Shown here piece by piece: positions 38,888-49,840 of a stretch of 64,000 nucleotides of DNA. Under the pieces are notes generated by a model, which saw only the letters and a program-made list of their open reading frames with translations, was not told the origin of the DNA and did not search any database. A program made the position numbers and the translations under genes. The DNA is from an uncultured Aminicenantes bacterium (GTDB lineage Bacteria; Acidobacteriota; Aminicenantia; UBA2199): positions 1 through 64,000 of the forward strand of contig CBDAFS010000024.1 in assembly GCA_965195285.1 (NCBI GenBank), given 5' to 3'. Each line of letters begins with the position of its first letter. Within the stretch, counting starts at the first letter, position 1.

Positions 38888-40423
38888 TCAAGGTTTTCTA
38901 CACAAAGCAGTCATGATTGCTTTGAGAATTGGAATGGTGTAGGTACCAGAATAGGCCATTGGTCCGGCTCCACGGCGGTTGGCCATGACACAAAAGGCAA
39001 AGGCCCGGGCCTGTTCATCATCAAAAATATAACCGGCAACCGTATTCACTCCTGAAGCGGGAAGGGTACCGCTTTTTACAAACATCCGGATTCCCCTGGG
39101 AGGAACAGGGTTCATGGCATGGGGGTGGTGCCCCTGCGGGGCCAGGGTGGAATAATAGTCTTTGCATAGTTTGGAATAAAAATGAATAAGGGCCTGTATC
39201 AGTTGACTGGGAGAAAAACGGTTTCTGGGGGATAGTCCGGAAGCATCAGCAATAATGAATTGACCTTTTCCCATCCCGATATTTTCCTGGCAGTACCGGT
39301 TCATAACTCCCAAACCCTTTTCTCGATTCCCCGGGATCGAATCAAAATATGCGCCCAGATTTTTGTTCAACAGCTCGGCAATAACATTGTTGCTTTCACA
39401 ATTAAGTGTTCGAGTGATATCGCCCAGGTTCTGGGTCCGGATAATGCTTAAAACCCGGGCGTTTTCAGGAGCTTTATCCTGGAGCAGATGTCCCATCACC
39501 TTAATCCCTTCTGCTTGCAAACATTCTCTGAAAACGGTGGCGGTAAACAGTCCCGGCCTGGACACACAGAGACGTAAAACCTTGTACCGTCGATCCCAGC
39601 GGGTAATATTTCCCTTAACCGTATAGTAATCTCCCCAGTTCTTCTTCTGATAGGTCATGGTCGGCTTTCCAGGAGAGAGAGATGGTGAAATTTTCACATT
39701 GTAAAACAGTCGTGCATACGCGGTTTGAGGAATGGTCCGAAGTTCGGGAGGAGGCCCTACCTTCAATTTCAGAGGAATCCAGTTATAGTTCAAGGTCAAG
39801 GCACATGGAGGTGCATATAGATGCCGTGCATTGGGTGGATATCGCGGCTGTTCCTGGTCCAGAAATGAAACATCATAAACGATATTCCCCTCTATTCGTT
39901 TTATGTGTTTTCCCTTTAATTCCTTGGCCAGTTCCATCAGGTGATGATGCCTCAGAGTGGGATCCCCTTTTCCCTTTAAATATAGGCTTCCCTTCAAAAT
40001 ACCGTTCTCCAGCTCGCCCTGAGCCAACAGGTAGGTTTCAAATTTAAAATGGGGACCGAATTTGGCCAGGGCAATTCCCGAAGTGATAATTTTGGTTACT
40101 GATGCAGGGATGAAAGATATCTCCGGATTGCGTTGAAACAGGACCTGTTTACCGTCAAGGGTAACGATTTTTATTCCTACCCGAATCTTGGAAAATCTGG
40201 AGGTACTCAGGCAGGAATTTATCCTTTTTTTGAAATTTTCCCGAATGGCTTGAGGGTTTCCGGAATGGGCGGAGTTGAGTCTGGAGTGAGGTATGGTAAA
40301 TGTGAGGTTCACGACCATAAAACCCAACAAAAGGTTGCGAATACTACCCGCGATCATTTTTTTGGTCTGTAGAGAATTTTGGATCATATTGAAGTTAATA
40401 AGTAAAATTGAAAAAAAAATCAA
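38888..40423 (-). CDS. dacB: D-Ala-D-Ala carboxypeptidase/endopeptidase PBP4 (S13)
   Basis: PASVTK (SxxK), GKGDP, ESNN (SxN), DASGLS..N, KSGTL; true start probably downstream. Confidence 0.92.
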   Translation of the reverse strand: MIFFSILLINFNMIQNSLQTKKMIAGSIRNLLLGFMVVNLTFTIPHSRLNSAHSGNPQAIRENFKKRINSCLSTSRFSKIRVGIKIVTLDGKQVLFQRNPEISFIPASVTKIITSGIALAKFGPHFKFETYLLAQGELENGILKGSLYLKGKGDPTLRHHHLMELAKELKGKHIKRIEGNIVYDVSFLDQEQPRYPPNARHLYAPPCALTLNYNWIPLKLKVGPPPELRTIPQTAYARLFYNVKISPSLSPGKPTMTYQKKNWGDYYTVKGNITRWDRRYKVLRLCVSRPGLFTATVFRECLQAEGIKVMGHLLQDKAPENARVLSIIRTQNLGDITRTLNCESNNVIAELLNKNLGAYFDSIPGNREKGLGVMNRYCQENIGMGKGQFIIADASGLSPRNRFSPSQLIQALIHFYSKLCKDYYSTLAPQGHHPHAMNPVPPRGIRMFVKSGTLPASGVNTVAGYIFDDEQARAFAFCVMANRRGAGPMAYSGTYTIPILKAIMTALCRKP

Positions 40424-40509
40424 GCCGAAAGAGTGTTTTTTTATTTAAAAACAAATCACTTTGTTTTAAAATATAAATGAATTGAACGCCCAATGAAATG
40501 GAGGGGGAA

Positions 40510-41241
40510 ATGAAACCCATTAAAAAATATTCAATATTATTCATTTTGGCCCTGGTTGTCATTTGTCTTTCACCTCAAGCCTGTAATCCAACGGATGAAG
40601 GTGACAATGATATTGAAGAGGAACTGACCGACGACACCTATGATGTGGATCTATACGGGATACCTAAATTTGTAAATGCAAATTATATTGAGCTGTATAA
40701 GATTTGGAGAATTTCAAAATTTCGTTCAGGATATGGTCATGATTATTCGGATGATTTCGAGAATTGCCGTAGCATGAAACACTATTTCCAGCCAAAGAAC
40801 AGTGTGAACTGGTCCTCTGTTGGCATCTATTCTCCGGTTACCGGTACCATAAGGGTCTTGAATGATGGATGGGCCGGAACCCAGGTATGGATCAGGTCCG
40901 ATCAGTATCCTGCTTTTCAATTTATCCTCTTCCATGTCAATTTATCTGTCCCTCTCAATATCGGTGATGCGGTGGAAGCCGGAGAAAAATTGGGGAATCA
41001 TATCGGCTCACAAACCATGTCCGATATAGCGATTGGGGTTCACACCCCCAATGGTTGGAAACTGATTTCTTATTTTGAGGTCATGACCGATTCACTTTTC
41101 CAGAATTATCAAGTCCGGAGTGTCAATAATCGCAACCAGCTGATTATCTACATGCAGGCCCGCGATGCCGATCCGCTCACCTGTCAGGGGGAAACTTTTA
41201 TTAACAGTGGAAACCTGGCGCATTGGTTTATTCTGAATTAA
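40510..41241 (+). CDS. Hypothetical lipoprotein with M23/hybrid-motif-like barrel
   Basis: Lipobox-like PQAC; IYSPVTG, FHV, GDAVEAGEKLG. Confidence 0.55.
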   Translation: MKPIKKYSILFILALVVICLSPQACNPTDEGDNDIEEELTDDTYDVDLYGIPKFVNANYIELYKIWRISKFRSGYGHDYSDDFENCRSMKHYFQPKNSVNWSSVGIYSPVTGTIRVLNDGWAGTQVWIRSDQYPAFQFILFHVNLSVPLNIGDAVEAGEKLGNHIGSQTMSDIAIGVHTPNGWKLISYFEVMTDSLFQNYQVRSVNNRNQLIIYMQARDADPLTCQGETFINSGNLAHWFILN

Positions 41242-41587
41242 TAAAATTATCGAGATGGGCACCCACCCGATTTTTTAGAATGCCCATCAGATCCGCATCC
41301 ATATAGTTGTATTCATCCGAAATATTCAGGCATATGATTTTTTTGAAAAGGTTCAGAGAATCAAGGTTATTATCAATAAATACCTGATGGGTGTTTTCCA
41401 TCACAAAAATCAGGTCTGCCCATTCAAGCAGGTCCTCATCGACTCTGACCACTGCTTCCGGATGAATTCCGGCTGATTTGACTTCGAGCATGGGATCATC
41501 TCTAAAAATATTTTCAGCGGTTACACTTCTCATCATGTTGTATGTACATATAAACAGAACCTTCAATGGAATTGAATCCCTTTTCAT
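41228..41587 (-). CDS. Low-molecular-weight protein tyrosine phosphatase-like protein
   Basis: LFICTYNMMRS (CX5R), SAG, WADLIFVME. Confidence 0.85.
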   Translation of the reverse strand: MKRDSIPLKVLFICTYNMMRSVTAENIFRDDPMLEVKSAGIHPEAVVRVDEDLLEWADLIFVMENTHQVFIDNNLDSLNLFKKIICLNISDEYNYMDADLMGILKNRVGAHLDNFINSE

Positions 41588-44043
41588 TCCTGATACCCCT
41601 TCTTCAGTCGGTGAATGCCCTCTGTGGGCATCAAATATACGCCTCTGCCATGGGTGGCAATCATCAATACATGATCGCGGGGATGAACCTTGAGATCATG
41701 AACCGGAACAGTTGGCAAATTGTTTTTCAAGGAAAACCAGAACTCTCCGCCGTTAATGCTGATATAAACCCCCAGATCCGTTCCCAGGTAGAATATCATT
41801 GGATCCTGCGGATCTTCTCTGATGACATTAACCGGTTCATCGGGCAGATTCGATTTTATTGATTCCCAATCTACACCCTGATTGCTGCTGGAATAGACAT
41901 AGGTGGAAAAATCATTATCCCGGTAACCAGTCATTGTGACCAGGATCTTACCCTTTTCGTGTCTGGATGCGACCACCCGGGAAATCCATTTTTTAGGAAG
42001 TATCTGACTGATTTTTTGCCATTGGCGTCCTCCATTCCGGGTGATCCACACAGTGCCATCATCTGTTCCCGCTATCAATACCTCGGCTGAAAAATATGAT
42101 TCATCCAGGCTGGTGATGGTTGCATAAGGGACATTTCCTAAAATTTCCTGCTGGTCACTGAGATCAGGAGAAATTTCTTTCCAGTTTTCGCCCCGGTCAT
42201 CAGACCTCAATACATGGTTTGATCCCATATACAGGGTTTTTGAATAATGTTTTGAAAGCAAAAATGGAGAAAGCCAGTTGAAGCGGTAGGGAATTTTATT
42301 CTCAGGGGCCTTGGGCTGTATGCTTTTTCTGATTCTATTACGAAAATCCAATCTGTTAAGACTTCCGAATTGGGTGGCCAGAAATACCAGGCTCTGGTTC
42401 TGGCGATCTATTTGGACATAAGCGCCATCCCCGCCCCATATCATTTCCCAGTCAGCATTCCGGTTACCGGTCAGGCATTCACTGGAGCCCACCACAACCC
42501 CATTGTCCTGAAGGCCGCAATATATTTGAAATGGTACCCGATAGTCATATTGAATGGTATAACATTGGGAAATAGGAAGATTGGTTATTTTATCCCAGGT
42601 TTGACCACGGTTTCGGGACAGGTTTAACCCTCCATCGGTACCCAGTATTAAATGACCAGGATCTCCGGGATTGATCCAGAGGGCGTGACTGTCCCGGTGC
42701 ACAATTTCCTTCCCCAGGGCTGCCTTTTCAGCAGTGAGATTAACAAAGATCCTGCCTCCATCCTTGGATTTCAAAACCGGTATTCCCAAAATATATATTT
42801 CATTCTCATCATCTGGTGATACCCGAATCTGGCCAAAATAAAATCCGTAGGTCAGGTACATATTTTCAAGATAATGCTGATTCACCTTACTCCAGGTGTT
42901 TCCGCCATCATGGCTTTTATAGACCTCGGCACCCTTTACGTAAGGATTGATTCGCCTTTCCTGGGCATCCGAAAATATCCGGGCAATACTCTGGGGTGTG
43001 ATTAAGCCAGATTTTACGAATTCATTGACTGTTTTTGCCGAATAAACCCGGGGTGCCCGGTGTTCATCCAGAAATAATTGTAATTGTTTTGGATCCAGTT
43101 TCAAAAATTGATGAATGGTCATCTCTTGAATCATCTCAATGGTAATCCCGCTTTTCGATTTATCCGGGCGTGGTTCCTGATTATCCAGTATGGCATAAAT
43201 AACCGAAGGGTTCGAATCAGCGATGGCCAATCCAATTCGGCCTACATGCCTGTTCTGGGGAAATCCATTGATTATTTTCGACCAGCTTTTACCGCCATCC
43301 CTGGTTTTGTATATGGCACTTTCAATTCCAGATTCGATAAAATTCCAGGCCTTTCTACTCCTCTGCCAGGAAGCGGCATACAATACACACGGATCCCTGG
43401 GATGCATACACAGATCAATAACCCCGGTGTGTTCACTGATGAATAGGATTTTCTCCCAATTCTCGCCGCCATCAATTGTCTTATATAGTCCTCTTTCTTG
43501 ATTGGACGAGTAGAGATGACCCATGGCCGCCACATAAACAATTTGATCGTCAAGGGGATCGATGATTATCCTGCCTATATGACAAGTGTCCTCCAGACCC
43601 ATATTTTGCCAGGTCTTGCCACCATCAACACTTTTGAACACACCGGTCCCGGCATAAGTGCTTTGTGAGGAATTGGCCTCCCCGGTACCCACCCAGATCA
43701 AGTTCTCATTTTTTTGTGATATGGCTATATCACCAATTCCGATTGAGGACTCATGATTAAGAATGGATCTCCAATTCACCCCCTGGTCATGGGTAACCCA
43801 CAAGCCACCCGCTGCTGTGGCTACATAAAAACATTTCGGATTATTTTGACGGACAGCGATATCAGTTACCCGACCGGCAATATGGTGTGGGCCGCCGTAT
43901 ACCCACTTCAGGTTTTTAAAAATGGACTCGTCCCGCATCTGTTGATGAATGGCGTAAGCATCCAGTCTTTCCTTGATGGTGACGACTGAAAATATGAATT
44001 CAGATAAAATTAAAATTGATAAAAAATATAAAAATTTCAGCAA
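41584..44043 (-). CDS. VPS10/BNR (Asp-box) beta-propeller glycosyl-hydrolase-like protein
   Basis: Many S.DGG.TW repeats; WVGTGE, GLQDNG, GGDG, ATHGRG. Confidence 0.88.
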   Translation of the reverse strand: MLKFLYFLSILILSEFIFSVVTIKERLDAYAIHQQMRDESIFKNLKWVYGGPHHIAGRVTDIAVRQNNPKCFYVATAAGGLWVTHDQGVNWRSILNHESSIGIGDIAISQKNENLIWVGTGEANSSQSTYAGTGVFKSVDGGKTWQNMGLEDTCHIGRIIIDPLDDQIVYVAAMGHLYSSNQERGLYKTIDGGENWEKILFISEHTGVIDLCMHPRDPCVLYAASWQRSRKAWNFIESGIESAIYKTRDGGKSWSKIINGFPQNRHVGRIGLAIADSNPSVIYAILDNQEPRPDKSKSGITIEMIQEMTIHQFLKLDPKQLQLFLDEHRAPRVYSAKTVNEFVKSGLITPQSIARIFSDAQERRINPYVKGAEVYKSHDGGNTWSKVNQHYLENMYLTYGFYFGQIRVSPDDENEIYILGIPVLKSKDGGRIFVNLTAEKAALGKEIVHRDSHALWINPGDPGHLILGTDGGLNLSRNRGQTWDKITNLPISQCYTIQYDYRVPFQIYCGLQDNGVVVGSSECLTGNRNADWEMIWGGDGAYVQIDRQNQSLVFLATQFGSLNRLDFRNRIRKSIQPKAPENKIPYRFNWLSPFLLSKHYSKTLYMGSNHVLRSDDRGENWKEISPDLSDQQEILGNVPYATITSLDESYFSAEVLIAGTDDGTVWITRNGGRQWQKISQILPKKWISRVVASRHEKGKILVTMTGYRDNDFSTYVYSSSNQGVDWESIKSNLPDEPVNVIREDPQDPMIFYLGTDLGVYISINGGEFWFSLKNNLPTVPVHDLKVHPRDHVLMIATHGRGVYLMPTEGIHRLKKGYQE

Positions 44044-44188
44044 ATACCTCCTGATGCCATGAAGCCGATTTGGTTTTCGCTATGTCTATTTTACACCCAA
44101 ATTTTCGGTATTTCAAATATCAGGAAAATAATTGCCATCTTAAACTTTTTAATGTAAAATGAAGTAAAATATATTGTGGTGAGAAATT

Positions 44189-45802
44189 ATGAAAAATTCC
44201 AAATTGTTTTTTAAAAACATTATTTTTAGCTGGTTAATTTTCGGATTCTGCCTTTCCTTACCCTTATTTTCCGGCCAGGATGACCCGACAATCATCGAGA
44301 AAATTGAAGTGGTCAATGTAGAGGTCCCGGTCCGGGTTTTTTATAAGGGTGAGCTGGTTAAAAATCTGACCAAAAATGATTTTACTTTATACGAAGGTAA
44401 TGAGAAACAGTTCATCAATGGTTTCTATTCCAAAATAAAATGCATAAACACTCAAAACGTCAAATTAAAACCTCTCTATCAAGAACGCAGTACAGCCTCC
44501 CGCTATTTCGTATTGATCTTCCGTACCACTGATTACAATATTGAATTGAGAAATGGAATTGAATACCTGTTTGAGAATATCATCAAACCCCAGGATGAAT
44601 TACTGATATTTGTCAATGATAAAACCATCTCATTAAGCAAATCATACTGGAAAATTGACCGAAAAGAAATCCTCACGCAAATGCTTAAAGAAGAATGCAT
44701 CCATGCCCACCAAAGACTGATTTCCTATTTTTTATCCATCCAGAAAGATCTGGATCGAACCCAGTTGAAATTAATCGAAAATGATTCATACAGCCAAAAT
44801 GCATTTTTTATCATTGAGTTCCTGAGAAGATACCTGACCACCTGGCAGGAATACAAGAAGAAGTACTTGATACCGGATCTGGACAAATACTACAATTTTG
44901 CCAACCATCTGGATAAAATCAAAAAAGAGAAATGGATTATCAATTTTTATCAGATTGAAATGTTTCCTAAAATGAAAATTACCGGACGCCTGAGACAGAA
45001 AATCGAGACCATGATCAGTGAATTGATGGTGGCCCGCAGCGAAGATGCGGTTCACTCCCGAATTATTTCCAGATTCCTGGAGGATATCGATACCGAACTT
45101 AATGTTGCCGATGACTTTCCTATCGAGGAAATCACCAAGTTGATGTACAAAGTGAATACCACCTTCCATTCCGTTTTCATGGGTATCGAGAAAGAAACCA
45201 TGGATCAGGATTTCCAGTTCAGGAAGGTTTCTACTGATATAGAAAATTGCCTGCGGGAACTGACCAAGAAAACCGGAGGGGCACTGATTACCAGCGGTGA
45301 TCTCGGTTCTGCCCTGCATTCCATTGAGAACAAGGAAGACCTGTATTATGTGTTGACCTATGTTCCCCGAAACCCTAAAAACATCGATAAAATCAGGATA
45401 ACGGTTAGCAACAATAAATATGATGTGGTATATGATGACAATATCCGAGCGGATTATATTTCGGAATACCTGAAAACCCGTAAAGCAGAAATTCCTTCGG
45501 TAACCTTATCAGGAATCAGATTCAAAACCAATAAATTAACCATGACCGTATCGGACTTTTTTATGACTGTTGATAGCAAAAAAAAGATGGGGAAGTTAAG
45601 TGTGCGTGTCCGCTTAATCAATGAAAACAATGAAAACGTTTTCGATCAAAAACGATTGGTTGTTGCCAAAAAGAAGAACGTCAATATTTCAATAAATTTT
45701 GAAGCGATTCCCAAGGCAAAATATAACATTATTATTGATGTGTCCGATTTATTTACCGAAAGAACGGCCATGGATTTTCTGGAATCTGTCTATGTTGAAT
45801 AG
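44189..45802 (+). CDS. Secreted VWFA-related (acidobacterial-type) protein
   Basis: Signal peptide; EVVNVEVPVRV..LTKNDFTLYE, LRELTKKTGG, YYVLTY. Confidence 0.65.
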   Translation: MKNSKLFFKNIIFSWLIFGFCLSLPLFSGQDDPTIIEKIEVVNVEVPVRVFYKGELVKNLTKNDFTLYEGNEKQFINGFYSKIKCINTQNVKLKPLYQERSTASRYFVLIFRTTDYNIELRNGIEYLFENIIKPQDELLIFVNDKTISLSKSYWKIDRKEILTQMLKEECIHAHQRLISYFLSIQKDLDRTQLKLIENDSYSQNAFFIIEFLRRYLTTWQEYKKKYLIPDLDKYYNFANHLDKIKKEKWIINFYQIEMFPKMKITGRLRQKIETMISELMVARSEDAVHSRIISRFLEDIDTELNVADDFPIEEITKLMYKVNTTFHSVFMGIEKETMDQDFQFRKVSTDIENCLRELTKKTGGALITSGDLGSALHSIENKEDLYYVLTYVPRNPKNIDKIRITVSNNKYDVVYDDNIRADYISEYLKTRKAEIPSVTLSGIRFKTNKLTMTVSDFFMTVDSKKKMGKLSVRVRLINENNENVFDQKRLVVAKKKNVNISINFEAIPKAKYNIIIDVSDLFTERTAMDFLESVYVE

Positions 45803-45868
45803 TTATCACACTCCCCTATCCATGATCCATTATATGAATTTTACCATTGGATGAAGTGATGTATTTGG

Positions 45869-46810
45869 TTGATTTTTACCGGAAAAAAATATAAAATTCA
45901 GAATGGCAGCTTTAATAAAAATTTCCCACCCATGATAAATCTGAATCGATTTTTAAAATTATCCACTGACAAGATCAGTCAAGAGAAAGTATGTGGCGCG
46001 ACTGATATCGGAAAGATGCGGGAAAACAATGAAGATTGTTTCTTCATTGAAAAGGAAAAACAATTGTTTGTTGTTTCTGACGGAATGGGTGGTCACAATG
46101 CCGGCGAGGTAGCCAGTTCGACTGCCACCCAAACAGTGAGGGATTATTTTACTGTCGAACGATTGGCCAAAATAAAAAAGAATCCGCAAAATATCCGTGA
46201 AGAAATTATCAACAGTATCAAGCAGGCACATCAGAATATTCTGGAAATGTCAGCCCAAAACCCCGATTACAAAGGGATGGGCTGCACCATTGTCGTCGCC
46301 CTGATGATTGATGACACTTTGCATCTGGGTCACATTGGGGATTCCAGGGCCTACCTGACTGATAAAAAGAGTATTACCCTCCTAACCACTGACCATACCT
46401 ATGTCATGCAATTGGTGAAAGCCGGGAAAATGAGGTTGGATGAGATCAGGACCAGCAACATAAAGAACCATCTCAGTCAGGCCTTGGGAGCACCCATTAC
46501 CCTGACGCCTGATTACAACTATCAAAGATTAAATCCGGGTAACAGGGTATTGATCTGCACAGACGGACTCTGGGATCTTATTTCAGACCGGGAAATATAT
46601 AACCTGCTCACCCAAAACAAAAGCAAGGATCAGATATGCAAGGACTTCATCCGCAAAGCCAATAGAAAGGGCGGTCTTGACAATATCACTCTCGTTGTCA
46701 TCGAATATGACGATTCAGATAACCTGAACGAAGACCAAAAGTCCGAGACCTCGGATACTGGAGAATATGGAGTTGTTTTCTCCCTTCCTGGCAAAGATGC
46801 TTCTGAATAA
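45869..46810 (+). CDS. PP2C family Ser/Thr protein phosphatase
   Basis: TDIGKMRENNED, SDGMGGH, MGCT, IGDSRAY, CTDGL, GGLDNIT; start may be 45932. Confidence 0.95.
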   Translation: MIFTGKKYKIQNGSFNKNFPPMINLNRFLKLSTDKISQEKVCGATDIGKMRENNEDCFFIEKEKQLFVVSDGMGGHNAGEVASSTATQTVRDYFTVERLAKIKKNPQNIREEIINSIKQAHQNILEMSAQNPDYKGMGCTIVVALMIDDTLHLGHIGDSRAYLTDKKSITLLTTDHTYVMQLVKAGKMRLDEIRTSNIKNHLSQALGAPITLTPDYNYQRLNPGNRVLICTDGLWDLISDREIYNLLTQNKSKDQICKDFIRKANRKGGLDNITLVVIEYDDSDNLNEDQKSETSDTGEYGVVFSLPGKDASE

Positions 46811-47753
46811 ATGGTTTTGTCTCATCTTTGTTCTCCTTATGACCCACACGGTTCAACTGAATGCCAGGTTAGATTACAATTTTTCTTATCAATTCAGGGG
46901 ATTCACCCATGGAAAAATACTGTTGATTATCCCTTTCCGGATATATTATGAATCATTTGCATCGGTGAATTTCAACTCTGAAAAGAGCGTTGACGGTTGT
47001 TTTGATTTTCATTTCAGTGACATATCTGAATCCGGATATATGATGAGAACTTCAGGTTTCCTGGGTAAAACCCTGGTGGTCTTAACGGCTGACTATGATT
47101 TAAAAAAGGGATTGAAATTCGCACTTCATAAATTAAAACATTTTTATGAACCCTATTATTCAAAATTTATCAAAAGAAAGAAGCCATTTCTTTTCAGGAT
47201 TTATTCAACCAAGAAAAATTCAATGGGTTTCAGGAGAAATAGTAGAGGCATACACAGTCATTTCTTTATTGATTTCAAGGTCAGGTTTCAACATCATCCC
47301 GAAATACTAAATATTGATTTCAATATATACAAAATTCTACTGGAAATGCTGAAGGTCTATAATCATTCATTTTTACCGGGAAAGAAAATAGAAACTTTGA
47401 TTAAGCGTCCCCGACAGGAATGGAAGAGTTCCCTTTTGGATTATTCAAGCAATATCAATCGGGTGACCGTTCTGGCAGCTCGAATAATGAAAAAACTGAA
47501 ACCATTAAAACAAACAGCACCCTTCCGAATTCACTACCGGGTATCAAATTTGACTCCTTCTATAATTGAAGTTACCGGTATGTCCAAACCCGAAGTTCCG
47601 ATCTGGGGGAGACACCTGATCAAGGAAGTTACCCGCAAAATTAGAATCAGATTAAAGGACCGGATACTGCTGGAAGATACATTTACCTTGATCATTGAAA
47701 ATCCCCAGGGAAATGGATTGCAGGCCAGAACGTCCCTTCAGCTGAAAAACTAA
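46767..47753 (+). CDS. Hypothetical exported basic protein
   Basis: 328-aa ORF with signal-like segment (probable start MLLNKW); no recognised motif. Confidence 0.55.
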   Translation: MELFSPFLAKMLLNKWFCLIFVLLMTHTVQLNARLDYNFSYQFRGFTHGKILLIIPFRIYYESFASVNFNSEKSVDGCFDFHFSDISESGYMMRTSGFLGKTLVVLTADYDLKKGLKFALHKLKHFYEPYYSKFIKRKKPFLFRIYSTKKNSMGFRRNSRGIHSHFFIDFKVRFQHHPEILNIDFNIYKILLEMLKVYNHSFLPGKKIETLIKRPRQEWKSSLLDYSSNINRVTVLAARIMKKLKPLKQTAPFRIHYRVSNLTPSIIEVTGMSKPEVPIWGRHLIKEVTRKIRIRLKDRILLEDTFTLIIENPQGNGLQARTSLQLKN

Positions 47754-48580
47754 GACTGATTGCCGTTGAATAATTTCTGAAATATCATCTTTTCAAGTAA
47801 CAATTTCTTTTCCCCGAGCTTTTTCTTTAAGAACCGATGGTCTCTGACCGTGGTTCTCAAATACATGCGCACCAATCCAAATCCGTATATTAATTTTCCA
47901 ATGATTGAGGTTTCAATAAAAACCTGGCTGATTAAAAAGCCATGAAACAGAAGTGTTTCTCCGGTGATGAACACGTCATCATAAAATAAGTAACCGAGAC
48001 CGGGAATGATTTTGACAATGATATCAAGTGTTTTAAACCGTCGATTGTTCAATTGAATTCTTTTTACAATCCGGTTGATATCAAGAATATCTTCCCTTGA
48101 GTATCCGGCCTTATCCAGAAGTTTAAAAAATTGTTCCCAGTTTTCATCAATCAGATAACTCAGGGTGATATATCGAATTTGCTTCTCTTTCGATTCACAA
48201 CTCATTTGCTTTAAAATTTTGCGGGCCCACTCCGATTTACCTCTTGATAAAAAGAAAACTCCAATCTCTTCATAGACTTGATTGATTTTAGGGGAATCCT
48301 TCAGGTACCTGATGGACTGATTAAAGGACTTCATCATTTCAGCTTCACTATCGAGGGAGCGGTAGGCGATTGCCAGTTTCAGCCATAGAATTCCCCTTTC
48401 TTCTGAAGTCAAGGGGTAGAAAAGCAGAACTCTATTGTATTCGGTTATGGCCTCCTGGATCATTCCATTGGCTTCCAGGGCCTCAATAAACCGGTGGGTT
48501 TGCGTATCCTGAAATGCTCCACCAAGGAAACCACTGAACAGGATAAAAGCCATAATCGGAAAATAAATCTTTTTAGTCAT
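47750..48580 (-). CDS. TPR protein with C-terminal IPGLG membrane hairpin
   Basis: Signal peptide, AITEYNRVL TPR, IIPGLGYLF; paralogue-like to the upstream gene. Confidence 0.65.
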   Translation of the reverse strand: MTKKIYFPIMAFILFSGFLGGAFQDTQTHRFIEALEANGMIQEAITEYNRVLLFYPLTSEERGILWLKLAIAYRSLDSEAEMMKSFNQSIRYLKDSPKINQVYEEIGVFFLSRGKSEWARKILKQMSCESKEKQIRYITLSYLIDENWEQFFKLLDKAGYSREDILDINRIVKRIQLNNRRFKTLDIIVKIIPGLGYLFYDDVFITGETLLFHGFLISQVFIETSIIGKLIYGFGLVRMYLRTTVRDHRFLKKKLGEKKLLLEKMIFQKLFNGNQS

Positions 48581-49433
48581 TAATATAAAATTTCAATGAA
48601 ATTTCGATTCCCTTTTTGAAACTGTTATCGATTTTCTGGTTGGTAATACGGGCCGATACCACTGAACCATAGATATTTCCGATATACAAAAACACTCCTA
48701 TTGATGAAAACAACCAGCCCTTGAACGACTTGATCCCCCGGTCCCTGAAACCCTCATAGGCCAGATATGAAGTGGTGAAAAAACTGACCATGGATATCAA
48801 CCCTTCTTTAACCCGGCCTGAATAAATGCGGCCGGACCCGGGTAATACGGTTGACAGGATGGCAGCCTTGAGTGGAGATTTTTTTTTTATCTTGAATAAT
48901 ATATCCGAATACCTATCAAACACTTGAATATAAGGTCTTTCCTCACATCTAAATGTATCTATAATTGCTCTGGCTTTTTCCGGATCTCCTTTGCATAAAG
49001 AATTGGCCAGAATCATGGTGTTGATTACCCGGTGGTCCGGAGCGGATTGCCTGTTTATCAATAAAGAGCTGGACCGATCGTATTGTCCCTGTTTGAAAAG
49101 TAAAAATCCCATATGGACCAACGCCTCATCATAAATGGCTACTCCTGGCTGGGACAGCAAACAGAGTTTGAAAAATTTTTCTGCATTTTCGTATTCGTTT
49201 AAAAAACTGAAACATTTACCGATTTTTAAATTCAGTTCCAGAATTTCCGCATCGGTATTTTCGAAAAGATACAAAATCCTCAGGTACTCATAGGATGCTC
49301 TCGAATAATCTCCGGATTTATAGAGATATTTTGCGAATTTTTTAATATTCTGTTTGGAAATTTCAGCCCCACCCAGCAAAAACAGTGTGATCACTAAAAA
49401 AATAAAGAAAATTACTGACTTTTTGAGTTTCAT
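48573..49433 (-). CDS. TPR protein with C-terminal TM2-like domain
   Basis: FAKYLY..GDYSRASYEYLR; KKKSPLKAAILSTVLPGSGRIYSG; YIGNIYGS. Confidence 0.75.
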   Translation of the reverse strand: MKLKKSVIFFIFLVITLFLLGGAEISKQNIKKFAKYLYKSGDYSRASYEYLRILYLFENTDAEILELNLKIGKCFSFLNEYENAEKFFKLCLLSQPGVAIYDEALVHMGFLLFKQGQYDRSSSLLINRQSAPDHRVINTMILANSLCKGDPEKARAIIDTFRCEERPYIQVFDRYSDILFKIKKKSPLKAAILSTVLPGSGRIYSGRVKEGLISMVSFFTTSYLAYEGFRDRGIKSFKGWLFSSIGVFLYIGNIYGSVVSARITNQKIDNSFKKGIEISLKFYIND

Positions 49434-49840
49434 TTATGGTTTTGCTCCTCAAGGAAATCTATGGCTTTTCCGGTTCGAATATCTATATCATATAATTCGG
49501 AAACAAAGGCAATATTTCTCACCATACGGTCAGCCAGCATTAAAAAGACAATCGGTAAATTTCTTTTTGAGATTAATGTTTCCAAATGACTGAGCCAATC
49601 AGTTGAAAAATGTTGGATACCCTGTGAAGAAAAATCAAAGTAAATCCGGAATATCGCTTTTAAAAACACTTCATATTCTATATATCGGGATGGTCTGATA
49701 CTGGTATGGATCTCATATCGATAGGATTGAATGAATTCGATATTTTTCTTATCGGTTTCATTATTATTAGAATTCAATGTCATCAGTAAATATGGCCCGG
49801 TCATAATTAATATCAGAAATAAGCTAATTTCTTTTTTCAA
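49430..49840 (-). CDS. Divergent YidD-like (haemolytic domain) protein
   Basis: IFRIYFDFSS..., ISKRNL..VFLMLADRMVR..., TGKAID resemble YidD (DRLLRC..D) but the Cys residues are missing. Confidence 0.45.
   Translation of the reverse strand: MKKEISLFLILIMTGPYLLMTLNSNNNETDKKNIEFIQSYRYEIHTSIRPSRYIEYEVFLKAIFRIYFDFSSQGIQHFSTDWLSHLETLISKRNLPIVFLMLADRMVRNIAFVSELYDIDIRTGKAIDFLEEQNHK

Noticed and set aside
44786-45319. 177-aa antisense ORF and the many other short ORFs nested in long genes
   Set aside because: Shadow frames of well-supported genes with no motifs of their own
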